IMG/VR virus record: IMGVR_UViG_3300028197_000003
Span: 1 to 64,000 of that record
Strand: one strand, 5' to 3'
DNA from: a virus
DNA: 64,000 bases
Shown here: positions 46,059-53,652 of the stretch, one piece after another
Numbering within the stretch: position 1 is the stretch's first letter
Layout of the letters: each line of letters starts with the position of its first letter
Notes under the pieces: model-generated
Told to the model about the DNA's origin: nothing
Database searches by the model: none
Seen by the model: the letters and a program-made list of their open reading frames with translations, nothing else
Position numbers and translations under genes: made by a program

Positions 46059-47189
46059 ATGAAACCTAAATTTATACTATTTGTTGGTTATGGATGGGCA
46101 GCAACAACTCCATTATTCAATTCCCTAAAAGAACATCTACTTTTTGGTACTCAAAAAGAGATGCATTATTTTGAATTGATCTATAAAAAACAATATTACA
46201 AAGATCCTAAAAACTGGGGGGAAGGAGCCAAAGACCGTAGGGGATGGGAGAAAACTTTTGAATTACATTTAGCACGTGTCAAACAGACCAGGTATGGTGA
46301 AGATAATTATGATCAAAATATTTTTGTGCCAGATAAAGCATTTGATATTCTTGAAGATCCTAATACTTGTATAGAAAACTATATCAATTTTTATAAATCC
46401 ATTTGGGAAAAACATGCAGATGAGGGCAAGATACTTGCAGATTGGTCAAACTCAAATATTCTTCCGATAAACGATAAAACAGTAGGACTGCCTTTGTACA
46501 AAGAGTTTATACAAAGACTACAAGAACATTTTGATGTTACTCAAGTAGGAATTTTTAGAGATCCAGTTAGACGACTATTTTCAGAACATGTTTGGCATTG
46601 GGACAATGCAGATCTCCTTAGAATTGATAAAGGTTTACATCATACCGTAGAAACTTACTTAGAATTATATGCAAAAAAAGTTTTACCTTACAGTGATATT
46701 ATAGATGTCACTAGAAAATATGGTAAAACTGAATTTTTTGTTATGGAAGATATATGGGAGAACGATACTAAAAATCAACTTAGTCGATTAGAAAATCTTA
46801 TTGGTAAAGATATAAATTTATATGATAATGCTTACTCTCCTGATAGAGGATCTAAAGCAATTAGATATACTCTTTTGATTGATCAATGGAATAGTGATTC
46901 ATTTGATATGCCAGATGATTTATATTATAAACTAAAAAAAATACTTCAGTATCAATATGATTATTGGCCTAAAGTATTTGGTTGTCTTCCTGAGCAGTGG
47001 GGAACCCCTATAGACTACAAGAAAAATCAAAGTTTACCTATAGGAAGAATTGAACACGAAGGTAATTTTGTTCCTGAAGAAAATCGTGAACTAATTGATG
47101 GTGAATATTATTGGAAAGATTTCGATAATACATTTCTGCTTGATGGAATGGATGATTTTTTTACTAAATTTGAGGTTGTAAGTAAGTGA
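46059..47189 (+). CDS. Sulfotransferase-fold protein (tandem paralog)
   Basis: MKPKF start at 46059; GYGWAATTP, QKEMHYF, DWSNSN, FRDPVRRLFS, DQWNSD. Confidence 0.72.
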   Translation: MKPKFILFVGYGWAATTPLFNSLKEHLLFGTQKEMHYFELIYKKQYYKDPKNWGEGAKDRRGWEKTFELHLARVKQTRYGEDNYDQNIFVPDKAFDILEDPNTCIENYINFYKSIWEKHADEGKILADWSNSNILPINDKTVGLPLYKEFIQRLQEHFDVTQVGIFRDPVRRLFSEHVWHWDNADLLRIDKGLHHTVETYLELYAKKVLPYSDIIDVTRKYGKTEFFVMEDIWENDTKNQLSRLENLIGKDINLYDNAYSPDRGSKAIRYTLLIDQWNSDSFDMPDDLYYKLKKILQYQYDYWPKVFGCLPEQWGTPIDYKKNQSLPIGRIEHEGNFVPEENRELIDGEYYWKDFDNTFLLDGMDDFFTKFEVVSK

Positions 47190-47870
47190 TCAACAACACT
47201 TAGATGGTTTTTCTGGTTGTGGTCCTGTAGGTCCTTCAGTAAAAGGATCTAATGGAGCAGGAATTCCAGTTTTATTGCAGTCATCCAAAGGATTGTTTGC
47301 AACATATTGAATATACTTGTCGTTAGCATCTCGTTTCAAAATTTCATCTACACGTTTGTCATACCATGCAACTGGGATACCAATGTCTAGGTGTTTTAGA
47401 TACTCTTCTTTATAGAGATATAAAAGTTCGTAACTAAGAAAGGTTGGGTTGGGGAATTTTGACATCTGATCCAAGAAATACTTGGTGGTTAGTTCGCCCC
47501 TCAACCGCTGTTGTTGATTACGAAGTATGTTTTGATCACGACCAATTACAACTATTTTAGTTTTGATCCCCATATTTTCGGCAGACTTGCAAAACTGCAA
47601 TACGTTTGGACACCAATGGGTCCCTTTTTCTTTGATGCCGAGGGGGACACTAATAGAGGTAAAGTAATATTCCGACTGAGACCAATCGAAAGATTGCAGT
47701 TTATTGGGGTCTCTCCAATATTCTGCAAAAGGTTCTGCAAATCTATGTGCTTCCCAATAATTGTTCAGCAAAGATTTCCACCCATAGACATCATCGTGCA
47801 ATGAAAAGATTTTTGACCATAGATGGTTTCCCGATCCTTGAGGCCCAGTTAGTACAACGAGTGTCTTCAT
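47190..47870 (-). CDS. Degenerate P-loop protein (GPQGSGNH family), paralog 2
   Basis: TGPQGSGNHLW, EPFAEYW, RDQNIL..QQQR; clear paralog of 42140-42775. Confidence 0.75.
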   Translation of the reverse strand: MKTLVVLTGPQGSGNHLWSKIFSLHDDVYGWKSLLNNYWEAHRFAEPFAEYWRDPNKLQSFDWSQSEYYFTSISVPLGIKEKGTHWCPNVLQFCKSAENMGIKTKIVVIGRDQNILRNQQQRLRGELTTKYFLDQMSKFPNPTFLSYELLYLYKEEYLKHLDIGIPVAWYDKRVDEILKRDANDKYIQYVANNPLDDCNKTGIPAPLDPFTEGPTGPQPEKPSKCC

Positions 47871-47891
47871 AATATAGTAACCTTCATACTA

Positions 47892-47900
47892 ATTATAACA
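47892..47900 (-). promoter_or_regulatory. Possible sigma70-type extended -10 (TGTTATAAT) for the 47870 gene
   Basis: ATTATAACA on + strand, 22 bp upstream of the minus-strand start. Confidence 0.4.
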
Positions 47901-47901
47901 C

Positions 47902-47908
47902 CTAAATA
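47902..47908 (+). promoter_or_regulatory. T4-like late promoter box (CTAAATA)
   Basis: 65 bp upstream of fibre-like gene. Confidence 0.55.
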
Positions 47909-47972
47909 CTCCTATGCGAGAGTATATACTCTCAGTATCTAACTAGATGATCGCTACATAGCGACTACGTGA

Positions 47973-49133
47973 ATGTCATCTCCAAATATTAGGGTCAAAC
48001 GCTCAGCGATTGCTGGCAAGGTCCCACACTATCCAAACAGCCTAGAACTTGGCGAATTTGCGATCAACACAGCGGACGGCAAAGTCTTTATTGCCGCTGG
48101 TGTTGGAGCAGGTGTTACTGTACGCGAAGTTGGTATAAGCACCGGCAAGATTCTTAGTGGTATCGCTACGATTACCACGCTTGAAGCAACAAATTTTAGT
48201 GTAAGTAATACTATCGTTGGTATTTCCAGCGGTGCGAACAAGGTAGATACTGCAACTGACGGTGGTAACCAATGGCACCACGTTGGATTTTTAGATAATA
48301 GAACTGGATATCAAAAAATAAAGACTAACGGTCTTACTTACAACCCTAACACTGGCAAACTCTATGCTGGTATTGGTAGTTTTGGTAAGGTTAGTGGAGA
48401 AGCAACGGTTTCTCAACTAGTAGTCACTGGAGTAACCACTGTATCCACGATCAATGCTGATGCATTTGTTGGTGATGGATCTGCTCTTACTAACATTGGT
48501 GCTGCTACATCTATTTCATCTCAAGTTACAACCGCTACTCAAGGTCAGACCGCATTTACATCACCTGGTGCTCACAATGATGGAACTAAACAACTTACTG
48601 TAGAAGCATATATCAACGGTGTTCGCCAACGTAAAGATACTGACTTCAGTGTCTCATCTACAAGCACAGTAACCCTTAGTAGTGGTGCCAAGGTAGGTGA
48701 TGAGGTTCAAATTCAAGTTCATTATGGACATACTCTCGATCAAGAATCTTTTACTGCAACACAAGGTCAAACAGTATTTACAATCTCAGGTGATTTTGCT
48801 GCACAAAAAAACTTCAAAGTATTTTTGAATGGTATAAAATTACGTAAAACTACAGACTATACTACCGGTGCATCTATTGTCCTTGTGACCGGATGTAAAG
48901 TGGGAGACGAAGTTGATATATGTGGAGATCTTTCAGAAGATCAATATACTGCAACTGAAGGACAAACAACATTTATTCCAAGCGATACAAATATTTCTAC
49001 TAAAAACGCTCAAGTATATCTAAATGGGGTTTTACTACGAGCAGTAGATTGGTCATTTGGAGATACATCTATATCAATTACTAATGGCACAACTGTAGGT
49101 GACGAGATAGATGTCGTTGTAAGACGTAACTAA
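47973..49133 (+). CDS. Short fibre-like virion protein (occupies the slot before gp13)
   Basis: IRVKRS...LELGEFAINTADGKVF N-terminus; three AT.GQT.F...NG...VGDE modules. Confidence 0.75.
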   Translation: MSSPNIRVKRSAIAGKVPHYPNSLELGEFAINTADGKVFIAAGVGAGVTVREVGISTGKILSGIATITTLEATNFSVSNTIVGISSGANKVDTATDGGNQWHHVGFLDNRTGYQKIKTNGLTYNPNTGKLYAGIGSFGKVSGEATVSQLVVTGVTTVSTINADAFVGDGSALTNIGAATSISSQVTTATQGQTAFTSPGAHNDGTKQLTVEAYINGVRQRKDTDFSVSSTSTVTLSSGAKVGDEVQIQVHYGHTLDQESFTATQGQTVFTISGDFAAQKNFKVFLNGIKLRKTTDYTTGASIVLVTGCKVGDEVDICGDLSEDQYTATEGQTTFIPSDTNISTKNAQVYLNGVLLRAVDWSFGDTSISITNGTTVGDEIDVVVRRN

Positions 49134-49156
49134 ATAGAAAAAAAGTCTTGGAATAA

Positions 49157-50002
49157 ATGGCGAACCCATCTACAAGACAGGAGTTAGTCGGTTACGCTAG
49201 GCGTCAACTAGGTGCTCCAGTCCTTGAAATAAACGTTGCTGATGAGCAAATTGAAGATCTGATGGATGATGCCATTCAGGTTTATCAAAATCGCCATATG
49301 GATGGCGTTGAATTGATGTACTTGAAGCATAAGATCACGCAGGACTTCCTTGATGCTACTCGCGCTAGGGCAGAAGATAAGTCAACTGGTATCACTACCA
49401 GTACAGGCACAGCAAATATTACTGGAATTGGCGTTACCACCTTTAGTTTTGAGGAGAACCAGAATTTCATCCAGGTTCCTGACGCGGTTATTGGGGTCGA
49501 AAGAATTTTCAAATTGGACAATCGTCTAATTTCGACGAACATGTTCAACATCAATTATCAGTTGATGCTGAATGATGTGTATTTTTTCAGTTCAATGGAA
49601 CTGATGGGATATACAATGACTAAAAGATATTTGGAAGACCTAGATCATATTTTACATCCTGAGAAAGCAATTCGTTTCAATCGTCGGCAGAACAGACTTT
49701 ATCTGGACGTTGATGGCAACAGTATGCAGGAAAATGATTACATCATTATCCGTTGCTATCGGGTTTTAGATCCCAACGATTTCCCAAAAGTATATAACGA
49801 TATCTTCCTGAAACGTTACTTTACTTCTCTCCTCAAAAAACAGTGGGGACAAAACCTAATCAAGTTCCAAGGTGTAAAATTGCCAGGTGGTGTTGAACTG
49901 AATGGTAGACAGATTTATGAAGATGCGGTTGGAGAAATTCAAGTATTAGAAGATAAGATGGCAAATGAGTATGAACTTCCTCCGCTTGATCTGATTGGAT
50001 AA
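49157..50002 (+). CDS. gp13: Neck protein
   Basis: RQLGAPVLEINVADEQIEDL, KQWGQNLIKF.GVKLPGGV.LNG. Confidence 0.93.
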   Translation: MANPSTRQELVGYARRQLGAPVLEINVADEQIEDLMDDAIQVYQNRHMDGVELMYLKHKITQDFLDATRARAEDKSTGITTSTGTANITGIGVTTFSFEENQNFIQVPDAVIGVERIFKLDNRLISTNMFNINYQLMLNDVYFFSSMELMGYTMTKRYLEDLDHILHPEKAIRFNRRQNRLYLDVDGNSMQENDYIIIRCYRVLDPNDFPKVYNDIFLKRYFTSLLKKQWGQNLIKFQGVKLPGGVELNGRQIYEDAVGEIQVLEDKMANEYELPPLDLIG

Positions 50003-51396
50003 TGGCACTAAATCCCTTCTTTCAACAAGGCACCCCTGGTGAACAGGACCTCGTACAAGATCTGATAAATGAACAGATCCAAATGTATGGAGTGGAATTT
50101 ATTTACCTGCCTCGTATTTTTGTCAATACTAAGACTATTATGAGGGAGGTAACTTCTTCTAAGTTTACCAAATCATTTCCTATTGAAGGGTATATTGAGT
50201 CTTATGAAGGTTTTGATGCTGGATATAATCTACTAACAAAATTTGGAGTTCGTACTAACGCAGAGATGAAAATTGTCATCTCTCAAACTCGTTATCTAAA
50301 CTATATCACACCTTTGATGGTTGGTGCTCGTGGATTGACAAATGCACCCGTACGTCCTTATGAAGGAGATCTTATGTATTTCCCATACAGGGATCTACTG
50401 ATGGAGATCAAGTATGTTGATGACGTTAGTAACTTCTATCAACTACGTAAGAACTATACGTACACTCTGACGGTTGAACCGTTTGAGTATGAGGATGAAG
50501 TCATCCAGACTGGAGTCAATGTGATTGATGATGACTTCAAGACTGCTGGTTACAATGCTACTTTTGTTTTACTAGATGTTGGAAGCACTGCATCAGCAAC
50601 TGTAGGACTTGCCACTGGTATTCGTTATATCGATCTATTGAATGGTGGTAACGGTTGGAGTGCTGCCCCTAGAGTCAAAATTTCTCCTCCTGTAGGAGGG
50701 GGCACTACAGCAACTGCAGTTGCCATCACTAGCACTACAGGCACAAGTGCTTTCCGATCAACTTATATTAGTGACATCTTTATTACTAATCCTGGTGTAG
50801 GTTACACTGCAGTTCCTACTATTCAATTCATCTCTGAGGATGGTCTAGGATCTGGTGCAATTGCAAAAGTTGCTATCTCCACCAGTGGAGGCATTAGTAA
50901 TGTTATTGTTAGTAATGTTGGATCAGATTATGTACAGGCGGATCCTCCAGATATTACTTTCAATGCACCTCCTTCTGGGGGGCATATTGCCAAGGCACTT
51001 GCAGTCGTAGATACATTGGGTCGTTTGAATGCGATTCGTATCACTGATGCTGGTTCTGGATACACTTCCAACCCTACAATTACAGTAGGAGCAGCAGGCA
51101 CAGTTGGTGTTGGTACTTTCAATTATGGAGAAGTTATAAAAGGTCAATCCAGTCTCAGCACTGCGTTTGTTACTACTTGGAATGCTCCAACTCTTACTCT
51201 CAAAGCACGCAATCTGAGTGGTAACTTTAGTGTTGGCGAACTTATCGTGGACAATGAAGGAAGTGCGTATCGTCTAAATACCATCGATTATAATGATGAC
51301 GACTTCGCTCCCAGTTACAACTCGGGAGATACTATTCAGAACGAAGCAGATAGCATCTTAGATTTTACAGCGAAAAACCCCTTTGGTGAAGTGTAA
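50002..51396 (+). CDS. gp14: Neck protein with C-terminal beta-repeat extension
   Basis: ALNPFF, QDLINEQIQMYG, P.EGDL.YFP, ends NPFGEV. Confidence 0.9.
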   Translation: MALNPFFQQGTPGEQDLVQDLINEQIQMYGVEFIYLPRIFVNTKTIMREVTSSKFTKSFPIEGYIESYEGFDAGYNLLTKFGVRTNAEMKIVISQTRYLNYITPLMVGARGLTNAPVRPYEGDLMYFPYRDLLMEIKYVDDVSNFYQLRKNYTYTLTVEPFEYEDEVIQTGVNVIDDDFKTAGYNATFVLLDVGSTASATVGLATGIRYIDLLNGGNGWSAAPRVKISPPVGGGTTATAVAITSTTGTSAFRSTYISDIFITNPGVGYTAVPTIQFISEDGLGSGAIAKVAISTSGGISNVIVSNVGSDYVQADPPDITFNAPPSGGHIAKALAVVDTLGRLNAIRITDAGSGYTSNPTITVGAAGTVGVGTFNYGEVIKGQSSLSTAFVTTWNAPTLTLKARNLSGNFSVGELIVDNEGSAYRLNTIDYNDDDFAPSYNSGDTIQNEADSILDFTAKNPFGEV

Positions 51397-52442
51397 TGGT
51401 TGGCAATTACTTTTACAATGAAACAATTCGGAAAACCGTAATTGCTTTCGGTACACTATTCAATAACATCAGCGTCAAAAAATTTGGCACTGATGGTAAG
51501 AGTATTAGTCAAATCAAAGTTCCTATTGCATACGGACCTATTCAACGGTTCCTTGCACGGATTGAACAGCAACCAAACTTTGATGACAATATTGCTATCA
51601 GTCTACCTAGATTGTCGTTTCAGTTGACATCATACGTCTACGACGCAAGTAGAAAAGCATCTCCTATTCAGAAGTTTACAATGCTGTCACCGACAGCAAA
51701 ATCTAAAGTAAAGAAGATGTATATGCCTGTCCCATATGACGTGGGATTTAGGTTGAGTTTTGCAGCAAAACTGCAAGACGATGCACTACAAATCATTGAA
51801 CAAATTTTACCATTCTTCCAACCTTCCTATAGCGTGACTATCAACATGCTTGAGGGAGTAAGTGAGAAACGTGATATTCCTTTTACTCTAACAAACGTTG
51901 GGTTTGTTGATGAATACGAAGGAGATTTTTCAACACGCAGATTTATACAATATGATCTTGATTTCGTAGCAAAGACGTATTTCTATCAAGAAGTGCCTAC
52001 GGACGAAAATGGAATTATCAAAAAAGTTCAAGTGGATTATTCTTCCGCTCTCCGTGCTCCAAGGGAACAGAGATACACCGTTGTTCCCCAAGCATCTAAA
52101 GATTATAATGAAGACGAATCGGGAAAAATTACTGCCGCCGTCGATAAAATAAAAACTCTTATCAAGGTAGCAAATGGATCACAGTACACAGTTGGTGCAT
52201 TCATTGAAATAAACAATGAAGTTATGAGAATCAAAGAAATTGATTCTAATAACCTGATTGTTCAAAGGGGTGTGTATAACACCAATATTGTTGAACATGC
52301 AGCAGATGACAGAATCAATCTAGTAAATAGTGTTGATAATGAACTAATTGAATTTGGGGACACATTCGGTTTTAGTGAATCTAGATCATTCTTTGGTGCA
52401 GATGGAAAATCGTTTAGTCCTAAAACTGGTACTGATTTATGA
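51396..52442 (+). CDS. gp15: Tail sheath stabiliser / tail terminator
   Basis: YFYNETIRKTVIAFGTLFNNI, VPIAYGP.QRFLAR, LPRLSF, EQILPFFQP. Confidence 0.92.
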   Translation: MVGNYFYNETIRKTVIAFGTLFNNISVKKFGTDGKSISQIKVPIAYGPIQRFLARIEQQPNFDDNIAISLPRLSFQLTSYVYDASRKASPIQKFTMLSPTAKSKVKKMYMPVPYDVGFRLSFAAKLQDDALQIIEQILPFFQPSYSVTINMLEGVSEKRDIPFTLTNVGFVDEYEGDFSTRRFIQYDLDFVAKTYFYQEVPTDENGIIKKVQVDYSSALRAPREQRYTVVPQASKDYNEDESGKITAAVDKIKTLIKVANGSQYTVGAFIEINNEVMRIKEIDSNNLIVQRGVYNTNIVEHAADDRINLVNSVDNELIEFGDTFGFSESRSFFGADGKSFSPKTGTDL

Positions 52443-52846
52443 CTCAACATTTTGATGCTATCGATAAAGCACTAGAGACTAAATCTGAAATTGTAAAAGA
52501 AACAAGAGCAATTTCAAAAAAATTGAGACCTGAAGACCCCGATAAAGATTATGAGTATTCTCGTGCTCAACTTTATAACTTAGTTGAGAAAGGACAAGAA
52601 GCAGTAAATGGTATTCTTGACGTTTGTATGGATACTCAGCACCCCAGAGCATATGAAGTTGCTGGTCAGTTGATCAAACACGTCGGTGATGTCACTGACA
52701 AAATTGTTGATTTGCAGAAAAAAATGAAAGATCTGAGTGCAGAAGATGGTCCCAAAAATGTTACTAATAATGCGTTGTTTGTAGGTAGCACAAGCGAACT
52801 ACAAAAAATGATCAAGAAGGGTCTTCTAAATAATACTGATAAGTAG
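52439..52846 (+). CDS. gp16: Terminase small subunit
   Basis: DYEYSRAQLYNLVEKGQEA, HPRAYEVAGQLIK, NNALFVGSTSELQK. Confidence 0.92.
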   Translation: MTQHFDAIDKALETKSEIVKETRAISKKLRPEDPDKDYEYSRAQLYNLVEKGQEAVNGILDVCMDTQHPRAYEVAGQLIKHVGDVTDKIVDLQKKMKDLSAEDGPKNVTNNALFVGSTSELQKMIKKGLLNNTDK

Positions 52847-52854
52847 TTTCTCCA

Positions 52855-53649
52855 ATGTTATACACATATAAATTACCTATCTTTGAAGCACCTGGTGATG
52901 GTTTCGCTCGCATGAGTGATGATCAGTTCATAGATTACCAGAAGAAAAATCCTGGTGCGGCAGAAAAAGCGGCACAGGTAAGAAAGCAAGCACAAGCACG
53001 TGCCAATAAATCCAACAACACATCCAACAACACATCCAACAACACATCTACAGCAAAACCTTCAGGAAAGAAGGAGGTAGGAACCAGTGCCCTTGCCAAG
53101 CGTGGCGGTATTGTCAAAAGTAATTCACAAGGCAATCAGTCTAATAAGGTTGGTGGCTCTAGTGATAGCAAGCGTGTTGGTGCTGCTGGGGGCAAGGCAG
53201 TAGACATGGGTGTGAAGAAGGTGAATGTCCGTGATGTAACTCCTGGACAAAAGAAAGTTTCTGGTTCTTCTTCTTCATCGGATTCCGTTTCAGGAGGACA
53301 AAAGAAACTTTCTAGTGGAAGTGGATCGAATCAAAACCGTCCCCCTTCTGGGGCAGGTACTGATAGAGTTGCTCAAGGTGGTGCACTTGCGAAGAGAGCA
53401 CCTGAGAAAAAGACTGGCGGACCTACCAACTACACCGCAAAGAAAAATTATGTCAAGGCGAAGAGAGTTGCTGGCAAAGTTGGTGCTGCAGCACGAGTTG
53501 CAGGAAAAGCCGCAGTTGTTGCAGGAAAAGTTGGTAAGTACGCAATTGGAAACACTGCGGCTGCTTTTGGCAAGTCTAGTTGGAAGACCGAATCTAAACA
53601 ACTAAAGACATTTGGTCAGTTCATGATTGAAAGTGAAAACGGAAAGTAA
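52855..53649 (+). CDS. Basic, low-complexity, probably disordered protein between terminase subunits
   Basis: K/G/S/A-rich; CTAAATA at 52826-52832; C-terminal KTFGQFMIES. Confidence 0.75.
   Translation: MLYTYKLPIFEAPGDGFARMSDDQFIDYQKKNPGAAEKAAQVRKQAQARANKSNNTSNNTSNNTSTAKPSGKKEVGTSALAKRGGIVKSNSQGNQSNKVGGSSDSKRVGAAGGKAVDMGVKKVNVRDVTPGQKKVSGSSSSSDSVSGGQKKLSSGSGSNQNRPPSGAGTDRVAQGGALAKRAPEKKTGGPTNYTAKKNYVKAKRVAGKVGAAARVAGKAAVVAGKVGKYAIGNTAAAFGKSSWKTESKQLKTFGQFMIESENGK
53011..53046 (+). repeat. Perfect 12-bp tandem repeat x3 (SNNT)
   Basis: TCCAACAACACA at 53011, 53023, 53035. Confidence 0.95.
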
Positions 53650-53652
53650 TTT

